Shown piece by piece: positions 38,492 through 48,209 of a stretch of DNA of 64,000 nucleotides. Made by a program: the position numbers and the translations under genes. The stretch lies in the IMG/VR virus record IMGVR_UViG_3300042399_002267, one strand, 5' to 3'. Numbering within the stretch: the stretch's first letter is position 1; each line of letters starts with the position of its first letter. The notes beneath the pieces were generated by a model that saw only the letters and a list, made by a program, of their open reading frames with translations, did not search any database and had not been told where the DNA came from. The DNA is from a virus.

Positions 38492-38686
38492 ATGAAAATA
38501 CTTATTGATAAAGATATGTTATTGATGGATTTATACGAATTAAGAAAACATATTATGGAGGCAGCATTAATTTCTGATGATGCAAAAGAAGCAAAAGACA
38601 AGCTTGATAAAGTTGTTCAAATGATACAAACTTATCCTGATGCAGAAGTTACTTCATCATTCCCAAAAACGAGGCTAAAAAGATGA
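38492..38686 (+). CDS. Small hypothetical protein
   Basis: GAAGGGG RBS upstream; coupled (ATGA) to the next ORF. Confidence 0.55.
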   Translation: MKILIDKDMLLMDLYELRKHIMEAALISDDAKEAKDKLDKVVQMIQTYPDAEVTSSFPKTRLKR

Positions 38687-38925
38687 CACAGGCTCAATTA
38701 GATAAAATAATGGAGTTAGCTGAAAATGGCGAAATCTCTATAACAGAAATTGGAAAAATCTGCGGGGCTCTTTTAGAATCCAATAGTAGACATTTTAAAG
38801 AGATAAAATCTAAAATGAAATCTTTGGAAGAACAATTATCCAGTGTAGAAGAAAAGCTGGATATGATTATTGAAAATCAAAGTCCAGCTTTTGGAATTAT
38901 TGTTGAGGATGACGAGGAAGACTAA
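38683..38925 (+). CDS. Small coiled-coil protein with acidic tail
   Basis: 80 aa; heptads in the middle; ends IVEDDEED. Confidence 0.55.
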   Translation: MTQAQLDKIMELAENGEISITEIGKICGALLESNSRHFKEIKSKMKSLEEQLSSVEEKLDMIIENQSPAFGIIVEDDEED

Positions 38926-39398
38926 TCTTCCTCGTTTGCTTTTGTGTCTGCTAAATTTACTTCAATTCTGAATCTTTGATCAGTTTCGTAGCTTGCAAAA
39001 ATACCAGTGCTTACTTGATAAACTTGGGTGCTGCCAGTGTATGGACATGTGATTGTGTAGTTCCCTTCATCATCAATAACCATTTCACCAAGTTCAAGCT
39101 TGTTTCTACTTTTTACATTCTTTTCAGCATCAGAAGTAGTGTCGTAATCAATATCAATTACTCCTAATGCTCGCTCACCCTCACTTGTAAGATCATCATC
39201 ATCAAAATCGTCCAATAAATCAATATCATCAATTGGAACTTCAATTTCAACTAGCTGTCCATCTTTTTCAACTGTCACTTTATGAAATTGAAAATTGTGC
39301 AAACTGCCACTAATCTCATTGATTTCACTAAATGCAGATTCTGTTTGTGCTAATGCAGTGGCAGCATCAGCAATTGTTCCACTTACTTTTCTTTCCAT
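38922..39398 (-). CDS. Acidic protein with a degenerate zinc-ribbon-like C-terminus
   Basis: AAAGG RBS; DDIDLLDDFDDDD tract; ITCPYTGS..VYQV...IFASYETDQRF. Confidence 0.6.
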   Translation of the reverse strand: MERKVSGTIADAATALAQTESAFSEINEISGSLHNFQFHKVTVEKDGQLVEIEVPIDDIDLLDDFDDDDLTSEGERALGVIDIDYDTTSDAEKNVKSRNKLELGEMVIDDEGNYTITCPYTGSTQVYQVSTGIFASYETDQRFRIEVNLADTKANEED

Positions 39399-39411
39399 AG
39401 GTGTATCCTTT

Positions 39412-40266
39412 TTACTGAGATAATAAATTTGTTTCTGAAGTGATCAATGAATGTAAAGAAAAATGCAATTCAATTGGATAGTTTAAGCCACCAATAGGAA
39501 TAAATTTAAAACTTTCTTTTTTGTCTTTTTCAACATACATGACAACTGAATCAAATTTCTTACCAGCAGGCTTCATATTTGTTATGAATATCTTACCTTT
39601 GTTTTCAAAAATAATCAAACCTGCTCCACCTCTTGGAGAAAAAGAAACTTTCAATATACCAGATTTTTTAGGATTTATAACCACAACAATGTCATTTCCA
39701 TATTGACCTTTAATTGCTAATGGTATTGGATCTCCAAGACGAAAACTTGACGGAATATCATAATCCACTTCTTTATCAATTTCAAAATAATATTTATTTT
39801 GATAAAAGGGCAAAGAAGACATTGTTTCATTTGATGATCCAAACTTGTAAACTATGGAATCACTTTTTTGAAAATCGCCTTCGATGATTCCTGATATTGT
39901 TTCTGATGGATCTAAAACACTGGAACAGTTTAAAATTGCATCAAGCGGCTTTGCATACATGAAATTTTTGGTTGCTATTGTTCCAGCTTTTTCAGGTGAT
40001 TGATCTGAATAAGATCCTTTTTTCAGATTCTTTACTGTTTTTGAAGTATTGATTGTAAAACTTTGTTTTTTATCAGTTCCATTTTTGTAATGATAAAAAT
40101 ACCTTACTCTAGTATTTTGTTTATAATTATTCTTGTAGATAATTCCAGGTTTTTTTATTGTTTCTGGAGTATTCAAATAAACAAAATGAGTTGATGATGC
40201 GTGATATAGATATAAAGCAGTTAAAAGAGCTTTAATTGATAAAAGAAATTTAGTAAACAACGCCAT
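39412..40266 (-). CDS. Putative secreted protein, DUF3370-like
   Basis: Hydrophobic N-terminal segment; YLNTPETIKKPGIIY...RYFYHYKN and FSPRGG recall the DUF3370-type domain; strong GGGGGAG RBS. Confidence 0.45.
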   Translation of the reverse strand: MALFTKFLLSIKALLTALYLYHASSTHFVYLNTPETIKKPGIIYKNNYKQNTRVRYFYHYKNGTDKKQSFTINTSKTVKNLKKGSYSDQSPEKAGTIATKNFMYAKPLDAILNCSSVLDPSETISGIIEGDFQKSDSIVYKFGSSNETMSSLPFYQNKYYFEIDKEVDYDIPSSFRLGDPIPLAIKGQYGNDIVVVINPKKSGILKVSFSPRGGAGLIIFENKGKIFITNMKPAGKKFDSVVMYVEKDKKESFKFIPIGGLNYPIELHFSLHSLITSETNLLSQ

Positions 40267-40313
40267 TGTTATCTCCCCCTAAAATAACCTTAACTAAAAT
40301 ATTATTCGAGTTT

Positions 40314-40341
40314 GTAGGGCTAGAACACTGTATTTGAGAAA
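40314..40341 (+). promoter_or_regulatory. Putative SigH-like promoter
   Basis: GTAGG GCTAGAACACTGTATT TGAGAAA. Confidence 0.4.
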
Positions 40342-40376
40342 AAAACAGATAGTGTATATTATTTACAGGGATAAAA

Positions 40377-42977
40377 ATGTTCAATTTCAAAAAATTCGCT
40401 AACGATTTAAACTTTGCAGAAAAAGTAGATATCAAATCTATTCCCGGCACTTTAGAGCAAAAAGTAGAATGGGTTAAAAATTGGTTTTTAAGAAATGGTG
40501 TTGAACTTAGTGTTCAAGATGCATATGCAATGCTTGGACATGTGCCACTTGGACCAGAAGCTCAACATTTAGAGAAATATAGAGCGAATATTAATCAACT
40601 TCGTGATTTGGCTGGAGATGCGCTGAAGCAAATTGTTTTATCTCAAAGACCTGATCTTCGACAAAGAGTTATGAATGGTGAGAAAGATGCCAAAAAGGAA
40701 CTTGATAGATTAATATATGTTACAGTGTCCAGTAAACTTGGCGCAATAGTTGAGCACACCATACAACTTGCAAATCAAAAATTTATACCAGAATTGGTCA
40801 AACTTCATTCTTCTTCAACAAGAACACTTTTAGATGTCGATGCATTGAGAAAATATGATTCTCCAGAAGAAATTGCAACCATTCAAAACTTTATTAGTGA
40901 AGAGATCATGAGATTAAAGAATGAAATAAACACTAAATTCTTAAGAATTTGGGAATCTTTCAATAAAATAAATCCTGATCTGACTCTTGATCATATGTTT
41001 TTTATTCTTCAAAATACAGCAAATCAAATTCTTAAAAATGAAGAAATTCCTCTGTCACCCGAAGATAAAGAAAACATCAAAGCTCAAGTGGTAGATTTAG
41101 CCAAATCAGTTCAGAACATGAACAACTCAGGAGCAGTATGGGCAAGAATATTATCATTGCATCCTGATGCTCCAAATGTTGAAGAATGGAAACAGTTTAT
41201 TCCAGATGAACTAAAGGCAACTTGGAATATTATTGCTGTCTTACAAATATTCCATAGACAACTTGAATATGAAGCTGTGCCTGTAAGAGTTGTTAGCAAT
41301 GAAACTGGCAAAACAGAATTACTAGATACAAGTTATTTATATTTTTACCCAGGACTAAAACCTGATGGCACTAAGTTTGAATCAGATGCAGAAAAGAAGC
41401 AATTTGCATTGGATAGACTTAGAGATTGTGTTGAAAATGGTTATGAAAATGAAAGAATATTTTCTGCACTAAGTATCACAATCAAAAAAGCTCCCAAAAT
41501 TGATCAAACTGTAGTAGAAAATGCACCAGAAGATGAAGAACCATCCGAAGATTTAGAAATTTCTGAAGATACCAAGGCAGCTGAGCCAAAAGATAAAGAT
41601 GCATCACTAATCAGATATTACTACAGATTTATTTGTACTAAATCTACTAATACCGCAAGCTTAATGCAAGCAAATTCACAACTTGGTAGTTTCAGAAATG
41701 ATTTAAGAGCTGCCGGATTAGGTCATGTGGCTGATTTATTATCAAAGGCATATGAAAAACAACCTGATCTTAGATACAGTGATTTGGATCTCATGTTCTT
41801 ATCAGGAGAAGAAGGGAATATGATCAATGAACTTAGAGAAAATTATAATCTAGATGCTATTCCTTTCCCTGTGAAGATTCCTTGCCCAGTTGACAATCCT
41901 ACATCTGTAAGTAGATTTGAAATTGACTTTTTATTACCATGCGATATTTTGGTTAGATTTAGAAAAAGATATCAAGAATTTATGGATGAAAATACTGGAG
42001 AAAGAACCAAAATTTTTCAAACTTTCCCAGTTGTTGAATCGCAAGTCATGTTTGTAGGTGAGTATTTTGGATACAGAAGAACCAAACCTTACTTTCCAAA
42101 ATATACAGGAAGACCATGGGTCAAACCAAATGGAGATTTGCCAGTTTATTCTTACAAAAAATCTGGAAAAACATACGATGTAAGACCTGGTGGATTTTGT
42201 AGATATTTGGAGTTTTACAAATTAAAAAGAGAATGGAAAGTTTTCACCACTGAAATAATTGCAGACATTATGGGTACAAGAACTTTATCTTTAGATGACA
42301 GACATTTAGAGAAACCTACCCTATTGATGAGCGCATTAGATGAACAAGGTATTGTTTATCAATCTCCAAGATGCACTCCAGAAGTTGGATGCAAAGCTAC
42401 AAAATTAATTGAAGAAACCGTGGGCAGAACTCCAGAAGTTGAAAAATTCATTGATGAGAGATATTTGAGGGAAAATTTTGATTCTCCTAAAAATAGATGC
42501 TTAAGACTAGTTGATTGTTGTATTGCAAACTTAAAATTGACAACTGCCTTAGCAAGAACTAGAGATGAATTTATTCCTGCTGATGATCCAAATAATTTTT
42601 TAGGAAAAGGCTTTAATAGGCAAACAATGTATGATCATCTTCAAGAGAAAAGACGCATTTTGGAAGAAATTTCAATGTTAGAAAAGATGCACCTTGATGA
42701 TTTGGAAGATAGCGAAATATTACAAGATTTGCAATCAGCTAGAGCAAATTTAAAAGGATTTTATTCTTCCCCTATTTATGATTTCAAAATGAAGTTTGAA
42801 GAAATATGTGAAAATCCTAATGGTGAAATATATAAGAAATTACAAAAATTTCAATTATTAAGAAAAGAAATAGAATCTGAAACTCAAAAATACACTTTGT
42901 ATGAACTAAGAGTAAAAATAGCTGAAATTGATAACACATTCCTTGCTGAAAGAATAAAAGACGATGAGGTCATATAA
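40377..42977 (+). CDS. Large 866-aa hypothetical protein with a possible PD-(D/E)XK-like domain
   Basis: RFEIDFLLP...FVGEYFG...FYKLKREWK resembles the DF...EyfG...Y..K nuclease-like pattern; heads an operon with the tail-tube-like genes. Confidence 0.45.
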   Translation: MFNFKKFANDLNFAEKVDIKSIPGTLEQKVEWVKNWFLRNGVELSVQDAYAMLGHVPLGPEAQHLEKYRANINQLRDLAGDALKQIVLSQRPDLRQRVMNGEKDAKKELDRLIYVTVSSKLGAIVEHTIQLANQKFIPELVKLHSSSTRTLLDVDALRKYDSPEEIATIQNFISEEIMRLKNEINTKFLRIWESFNKINPDLTLDHMFFILQNTANQILKNEEIPLSPEDKENIKAQVVDLAKSVQNMNNSGAVWARILSLHPDAPNVEEWKQFIPDELKATWNIIAVLQIFHRQLEYEAVPVRVVSNETGKTELLDTSYLYFYPGLKPDGTKFESDAEKKQFALDRLRDCVENGYENERIFSALSITIKKAPKIDQTVVENAPEDEEPSEDLEISEDTKAAEPKDKDASLIRYYYRFICTKSTNTASLMQANSQLGSFRNDLRAAGLGHVADLLSKAYEKQPDLRYSDLDLMFLSGEEGNMINELRENYNLDAIPFPVKIPCPVDNPTSVSRFEIDFLLPCDILVRFRKRYQEFMDENTGERTKIFQTFPVVESQVMFVGEYFGYRRTKPYFPKYTGRPWVKPNGDLPVYSYKKSGKTYDVRPGGFCRYLEFYKLKREWKVFTTEIIADIMGTRTLSLDDRHLEKPTLLMSALDEQGIVYQSPRCTPEVGCKATKLIEETVGRTPEVEKFIDERYLRENFDSPKNRCLRLVDCCIANLKLTTALARTRDEFIPADDPNNFLGKGFNRQTMYDHLQEKRRILEEISMLEKMHLDDLEDSEILQDLQSARANLKGFYSSPIYDFKMKFEEICENPNGEIYKKLQKFQLLRKEIESETQKYTLYELRVKIAEIDNTFLAERIKDDEVI

Positions 42978-43969
42978 TGTCTTTATTAACTTCAGATTAC
43001 ATAGCTAGTTGGTTTTTTCTGCAAAAAAAAGATTTCACTGGTTTAAGTCAAATATTACAACCTTATTATGTTCTTGAAAGCTTGGATTATAGCAAAAATG
43101 TTGGTACAGAAGCAGTTGATTTAATTCAAGGTGATGCTGGTGTTCATGTAATTAACACTTCTGAAACAACATTTAAAACAACTATCAGTTCTGAAGCGTT
43201 GATTATAAAAGATGTTGATAGCACCACTGTTCAGTACAGAGATATTTTTGATATCTTTCTAGAAGATTATTATGCTCTTCTAAATTATTTTTTCATTCCA
43301 TCTACAGATTTGAATAATAATGGTGGAAATTCTAATGATTTATTCAGTGGAAACAAAGTTAGAATAGAAAATCTCTTCAATAATGCAACTATCACTATTG
43401 GACAAAAGATTTCATGCAATATCGATTACAATTGTGTATATTCTAATAAGTTTAATGTTGCATACAATAATTATTCCGAAGGTTTACAGGGAGATTTTGA
43501 TTTTATTGCTAGAACAGCAAGAAATTATGATTGTAGATTTTTCATAGACAATACTAATGATTATTATATAAAATCTGGCTCTTTGACTATTAGCATGAAC
43601 CATAAACAAGTTTATATTGCAAATACTAAAAATTCTGTTCCATTTTATTCTCCACAAGGATACAAAGTTTCAGGCAGTATCACAGTATTGGTAAAAAACT
43701 TTGATTTTGAAAATATCCCTACATATGGAAATATTTCTTTATTAATAGGAGATAGATATTTAGAATTAGGTCAAGCTAGTATAAAATCAGAGTACAACAG
43801 AAAACTTAATGCATCTGAAAGTGCATCAACCATGACAATTCAATTCACTGGATACGCAAGATTAGGTGCTGGAATTAATAATTCTACATGGCTTACTTAT
43901 TTCCAAAGTAAATTGGATCAAGAAAAGTTTACCAAAGTATTGCAAAAAATTAATGGATATTTATCATAA
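42977..43969 (+). CDS. Tail-tube-fold-like structural protein (paralog 1)
   Basis: Beta-rich with two internal repeats; YKVSGSITVLV; aligns with the next gene over its whole length. Confidence 0.45.
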   Translation: MSLLTSDYIASWFFLQKKDFTGLSQILQPYYVLESLDYSKNVGTEAVDLIQGDAGVHVINTSETTFKTTISSEALIIKDVDSTTVQYRDIFDIFLEDYYALLNYFFIPSTDLNNNGGNSNDLFSGNKVRIENLFNNATITIGQKISCNIDYNCVYSNKFNVAYNNYSEGLQGDFDFIARTARNYDCRFFIDNTNDYYIKSGSLTISMNHKQVYIANTKNSVPFYSPQGYKVSGSITVLVKNFDFENIPTYGNISLLIGDRYLELGQASIKSEYNRKLNASESASTMTIQFTGYARLGAGINNSTWLTYFQSKLDQEKFTKVLQKINGYLS

Positions 43970-44844
43970 TGCCACTCTTATCTCCTGAATATTTTGGCAC
44001 ATGGTATGTTATTACTTTGGATGGCAAAAGAAGAATTTTGCAATCTTATAGTGAAACATTAAATCTTGAATCTAGCAATGAAAAATCTGCTCTTGTAGGA
44101 GATATTGGAAAGCATATCGCTGATATTGGTCCATATCATTATGCATTGTCTTTGACCTCACCAATATTAATTTTAGAGCCATATGGTGTTTTTTATGATG
44201 CTTTTGATATTGTCTTGGAGAATCTTGACAAGATACAGCAGCCTATTACAGCTTCAAATATTTCAACTTATGAATATGTAATGCAAAGTGCATCAATAAA
44301 CATTGCAACAGATGGTTCCAACGTATCTACGCAGCTTGAATCATGGCAAGATTTTGCTAACGCGAAAGAATACCGTCCAGCAGATGATTTCTTTTATGGT
44401 AGAGTGGCAAAATTTTATGATATTTATTTTTCAATGTTTGGAAATGAATATTTAGTACAGAGTGCTAATTTAAATATAAAAGTAAACAATGATAAGCATT
44501 TTTATATTGCTGGAACGAATGATTTTCTTGGTAATCAAGTGCCCAAGTATTCAATAAATGGGTATTCAGTATCTGGTGATATTACGTTATTGATAAAACC
44601 TGATCAATATGAAACTTTAAAACTTTATAACGCTCAAAGCCCTGGCATATTTAATGCATTAAAAGAATCTGTCAAACTAAAAGTTTTTTACAGACCAACT
44701 GGTGTAAACAGAGATAAAACAATTGATTTTGGTGATTTTGCATTTATGCCTAGTATTGAATTATCTATCAATCCAAATCAAATTATCACTGCCAAGATTA
44801 ATTTCTACACCTTGTTTAGAAGAACTAGTGTAATCAATTACTAG
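43969..44844 (+). CDS. Tail-tube-fold-like structural protein (paralog 2)
   Basis: MPLLSPEYFGTWY vs MSLLTSDYIASWF; YSVSGDITLLI vs YKVSGSITVLV. Confidence 0.45.
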   Translation: MPLLSPEYFGTWYVITLDGKRRILQSYSETLNLESSNEKSALVGDIGKHIADIGPYHYALSLTSPILILEPYGVFYDAFDIVLENLDKIQQPITASNISTYEYVMQSASINIATDGSNVSTQLESWQDFANAKEYRPADDFFYGRVAKFYDIYFSMFGNEYLVQSANLNIKVNNDKHFYIAGTNDFLGNQVPKYSINGYSVSGDITLLIKPDQYETLKLYNAQSPGIFNALKESVKLKVFYRPTGVNRDKTIDFGDFAFMPSIELSINPNQIITAKINFYTLFRRTSVINY

Positions 44845-44859
44845 TTGTATAAACCATAT

Positions 44860-45393
44860 ATGGAAGATATTCACCGTATTGATTTATCTGAATACGAAGA
44901 TAAATTAAAAGCATTAGAAAATTTACAAGACGGTGAGTTGATACTAAAGTTTGCAATTCCTGGTAGACCTTCAACCAAAAAAACTTCACAAAGGGTAGTA
45001 AGACGAGGTGGTTTTACTAAAATTTTACCTTCTATTTTGTATGAAAAATATGAAAAGCATTGTAAAACATTTTGTGAAGATGCATGGAAAAATCATAATC
45101 TTCCACCTATTGATTGTGGTATCGCAATCAAAATTAAAGTTTATTTAGATTCTTGGATTGTTGGTGATGAATGCGGTTATCAACAAGCGCATGGAGACAT
45201 AATTCAGGCTCATGGAGTCATAGAAAACGATATGTGGATTCATTGGGTTGATAAAAATGAAAACATGATTTTTTATGATAAGGAAAATCCAAGAATTGAA
45301 ATTGAAATATGTAGGCACAGACATGCCAAGGAAACTTTTAGGGAAGATCAAAGAATAAAGGAAGCAAAGAAGCTTGCAAAAATAAAAAAATGA
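44860..45393 (+). CDS. RusA-like Holliday junction resolvase
   Basis: FAIPGRPSTKK...GDECGYQQAHGDII..HGVIEND...DKENPRIEIEI. Start moved to ATG at 44860 (TATAAA 6 nt upstream). Confidence 0.65.
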   Translation: MEDIHRIDLSEYEDKLKALENLQDGELILKFAIPGRPSTKKTSQRVVRRGGFTKILPSILYEKYEKHCKTFCEDAWKNHNLPPIDCGIAIKIKVYLDSWIVGDECGYQQAHGDIIQAHGVIENDMWIHWVDKNENMIFYDKENPRIEIEICRHRHAKETFREDQRIKEAKKLAKIKK

Positions 45394-45890
45394 AATGGTA
45401 TGTTTATATTGCTAGAGATGATGAAGATATTGTCGAAGGCATTTGTAATGATTTGATAGCTGAAGATAATTTATTAAATTATGAAAATGATTGGGCTACA
45501 AATTATAAGATTGTATGGTTTCTAGAAACAAAAAATAAAATAGATGCACTTTCAAAGTTGAAGTCTATATCTATCCTGTCTCTGGAGCAAAAATTAGATT
45601 TAATATCTGAATCTAAAAAAATAATTATCATGTCTGAAAATCATGACATTGATAAAGAAAAATATCCCTTAGTGGTAAATTTAAAATGTACATTGGAAAT
45701 TATCAATTTCTTCAATGAACTTCCAGAGCTTTGGAAACTTAATGATTTGTATCTTGAAAATGTAGCTGAATATCTAGCTATAAGAAGAAGTCAAGTTATC
45801 AATGTGAAACTTTGGGATATTTCAATTGATTCATCCAAGTATGTTGGAATTATCACCAAAGAAAAATTTTATCCTATTATTAAATACTAA
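45390..45890 (+). CDS. Degenerate GIY-YIG-fold protein
   Basis: MKWYVYIARD...YKIVWFLETKNKIDALSKLKSI..LSLEQKLDLI follows the short GIY-YIG pattern but lacks the second YxG and the catalytic Arg/Glu. Confidence 0.45.
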   Translation: MKWYVYIARDDEDIVEGICNDLIAEDNLLNYENDWATNYKIVWFLETKNKIDALSKLKSISILSLEQKLDLISESKKIIIMSENHDIDKEKYPLVVNLKCTLEIINFFNELPELWKLNDLYLENVAEYLAIRRSQVINVKLWDISIDSSKYVGIITKEKFYPIIKY

Positions 45891-45910
45891 AAGCGGACCG
45901 AAGTCCGCTT
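45889..45910. terminator. Intrinsic terminator between convergent genes
   Basis: AAGCGGAC-CGAA-GTCCGCTT. Confidence 0.65.
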
Positions 45911-45934
45911 CTAATATTTTGAGTTTTATGACAA

Positions 45935-46261
45935 CTAAGCTGGAACAATAAAGTGTGGCTCAGTGTCAGAGATGGAAAATTCACCCTTAACACCAAGAGG
46001 CTCAATCAGATCCTTCATTCGCTCTTGAAGTGCAACAGTGTTCTCATTCAAGGAATCATTGATTAGATTCAAGCGCTCTTGTGCCTGTTGAAGCTGTGCT
46101 GCATACTGCTGCGCAACATTGACAAACTCAAGAACATCAGCCTTCTGAGCCTTCAACTCAAGAATTGACTGACGCATAGCTACTAACTCAAGATAATCCT
46201 CATGAGAAATTGTTGGGTTGTCTCCACCCTCAACCTCTGATACTACGTTCTCTTCACTCAT
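45935..46261 (-). CDS. Small coiled-coil hypothetical protein
   Basis: 108 aa; GAGG RBS; near-consensus sigma-70 promoter upstream. Confidence 0.65.
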   Translation of the reverse strand: MSEENVVSEVEGGDNPTISHEDYLELVAMRQSILELKAQKADVLEFVNVAQQYAAQLQQAQERLNLINDSLNENTVALQERMKDLIEPLGVKGEFSISDTEPHFIVPA

Positions 46262-46298
46262 TTTTTGGTTAACCTCTAATGATCATTTGATCTGTTTT

Positions 46299-46327
46299 AT
46301 GATACCCACAAAATATCATATTGTCAA
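46299..46327 (-). promoter_or_regulatory. Sigma-70 promoter (left arm of a divergent pair)
   Basis: TTGACA-N17-TATCAT. Confidence 0.75.
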
Positions 46328-46330
46328 TTG

Positions 46331-46359
46331 TTGACTATGCTTTTCATCCGTGGTATATT
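46331..46359 (+). promoter_or_regulatory. Sigma-70 promoter (right arm of a divergent pair)
   Basis: TTGACT-N17-TATATT with TGG before the -10. Confidence 0.7.
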
Positions 46360-46393
46360 TCAAATGTATTTATACAACAAATAAGGATATCAA

Positions 46394-47080
46394 ATGAAAG
46401 AAGTTACAATTGCACCATCTGATTTTGCTTTTTTATATAGCGAATCTCCATGGGCTTTTCATCAGAAATATATCTCAGGCATCAGGAGACCACCATTAAT
46501 TCTTCCTAAAATCTTTAACACAATTGATGGTGCAATCAAAGAATCTTATGCTGACGAAGATTTTTCTAAAATATCTAAATACTTGCCCCAAGCTACTCTA
46601 CGCACATCTTCAAAATGGGTAAAGTCCAAACCTATCGTCAATCCTCAATACGATATTTCTGTTCAAATTATTGGCAAGATTGATGGTTATCTTGAATATC
46701 CTGATGGCAATGTATCTATTGTTGATTTCAAAACAAGTGAGATAAATGAAGAATTTGCACAAAAGTATAACTTGCAACTTCACTCATATTGCTATTCTGT
46801 GATAAATCCTGACAATAGTAATTGTTTGCATCTTGAAAATGTTACCGATCCTGGTTTATTAATTTTTGAACCTAAAAAGTTTATGATTGATCATGATTGT
46901 AAAGCTGGACTTAAGGGTAACTTGAAATGGATGTCTTTTAAACTTGATATTGATTTTTTCACGAATTTTATCAAGAATGAAGTGATTCCTTTATTAGCTG
47001 GTCCAGAACCAAAACCACCTGTAGAAGATCCATACTGGAAGTATTTACAACAATTTGGATTTGAGTACGAACAGGAATAA
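46394..47080 (+). CDS. PD-(D/E)XK nuclease (RecB-like/PDDEXK_1)
   Basis: GKIDGYL...IVDFKTS...YNLQLHSY. Confidence 0.8.
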   Translation: MKEVTIAPSDFAFLYSESPWAFHQKYISGIRRPPLILPKIFNTIDGAIKESYADEDFSKISKYLPQATLRTSSKWVKSKPIVNPQYDISVQIIGKIDGYLEYPDGNVSIVDFKTSEINEEFAQKYNLQLHSYCYSVINPDNSNCLHLENVTDPGLLIFEPKKFMIDHDCKAGLKGNLKWMSFKLDIDFFTNFIKNEVIPLLAGPEPKPPVEDPYWKYLQQFGFEYEQE

Positions 47081-47098
47081 ACAATCTAGTATAAGAAG
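47071..47098 (+). promoter_or_regulatory. Putative SigH-like promoter
   Basis: ACAGG AATAAACAATCTAGTA TAAGAAG. Confidence 0.45.
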
Positions 47099-47130
47099 AA
47101 GACATTGAATATCTCAAAATGGAGTGAAGA

Positions 47131-48150
47131 ATGTCTTCTTTTTTATTTGATCTGATCAACAAAGCAAAACAACTTGATATCGAAGGTAACTATGTCGAAG
47201 CTGACAGAGTGTATTTATCAATGCAAAAGATTGCACAAGCACCCACTGACCCTGTAGATTCAAGTTTTTCAGGAACAGCTCAAGATTCAATGCAACAAGC
47301 AACAGAATGGTTTGCAGGAAGCGAGTTAGACAGAAGACATAAAGCTAACAATATATTAAATGCCATAATTAATTCATTATTTCGAATTGAATCTAAGCGC
47401 TCATATTCAGTAGGCAATATTTTTACTGGTGCTTCGTATGAAGTCTTTGAATTGTCAGAAGAGAATCTAAAGAAATTTAAAGATATAAGGAATGAACTTA
47501 TTAGAATAAGACAAACTTATCGTGATAAATCAATTCCACCTAGAAAAGAATATGATTACAAAATTATTGATATAGCAGCTGAAGAAACTTTAAATAATCG
47601 CATTGATCAGATTGCTACATACTGTGATGCTATAAATTCGTTAATCAATCATATTGATGGGCTTACTGCAAAAGATTTGGGATCAGCTAATTTAAATGCT
47701 GAACTTAAAATGATTAAAATTAAACTGGCTGAAATAAAAGATCCTACAAAAAAATTCAGTCCAGAATTAATAAATCAAACTCGACAAAATATACATAATA
47801 CAAGAAATACTGGATTTACTGACAAACCTACAGTTGGTCAACCATTCAAAGAGCCTAGTTCATGGAAAGAAAAAAGAATGCCTGATGCTGCACCTGATAT
47901 CTTTGGTGCGACAGTTAGTGGGAGCAAGGCAGCAATTAACTCAGGTGTTGATAAATTAAATAATACTGATGATTCTCAATTTTTAAATATTTACCAAGGT
48001 GAAATTGAAACGATTGAAAATGCATTTATTGCCAATGAAGGCAAATTAACAGGGCAAGAAAAAGCAAAATATCAAAGAGAGATGAAGAGTTTAGAAGATA
48101 GATATTATACTCTTCTATACAAAGATAAAGAAAAACCATTCGTAGATTAG
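47131..48150 (+). CDS. Helical protein with shared N-terminal tag (family member 2)
   Basis: LINKAKQLDIEGNYVEADRVYLSMQKIAQ; GGAG RBS. Confidence 0.55.
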   Translation: MSSFLFDLINKAKQLDIEGNYVEADRVYLSMQKIAQAPTDPVDSSFSGTAQDSMQQATEWFAGSELDRRHKANNILNAIINSLFRIESKRSYSVGNIFTGASYEVFELSEENLKKFKDIRNELIRIRQTYRDKSIPPRKEYDYKIIDIAAEETLNNRIDQIATYCDAINSLINHIDGLTAKDLGSANLNAELKMIKIKLAEIKDPTKKFSPELINQTRQNIHNTRNTGFTDKPTVGQPFKEPSSWKEKRMPDAAPDIFGATVSGSKAAINSGVDKLNNTDDSQFLNIYQGEIETIENAFIANEGKLTGQEKAKYQREMKSLEDRYYTLLYKDKEKPFVD

Positions 48151-48209
48151 GGGCATATTATGCCTTCTCAAGTTGACAATATATATGACAGATCTCTTAG
48201 TGATGATTA

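Noticed and set aside
44842-44862. Stop-codon reassignment (TAG read-through fusing 43969..44844 to the in-frame RusA-like ORF)
   Set aside because: Long conserved genes are uninterrupted in the standard code, TAG ends complete proteins (recA, recJ, dnaN), and a -10 box 6 nt before ATG 44860 explains an independent start.
45390-45890. Active GIY-YIG homing endonuclease or mobile element
   Set aside because: The second YxG motif and the catalytic Arg and Glu positions are not preserved; no intron context.
46394-47080. Cas4
   Set aside because: It has the RecB-like D...D-x-K...Q-x3-Y motifs but lacks the one-plus-three cysteine Fe-S cluster pattern, so it is called a generic PD-(D/E)XK nuclease.
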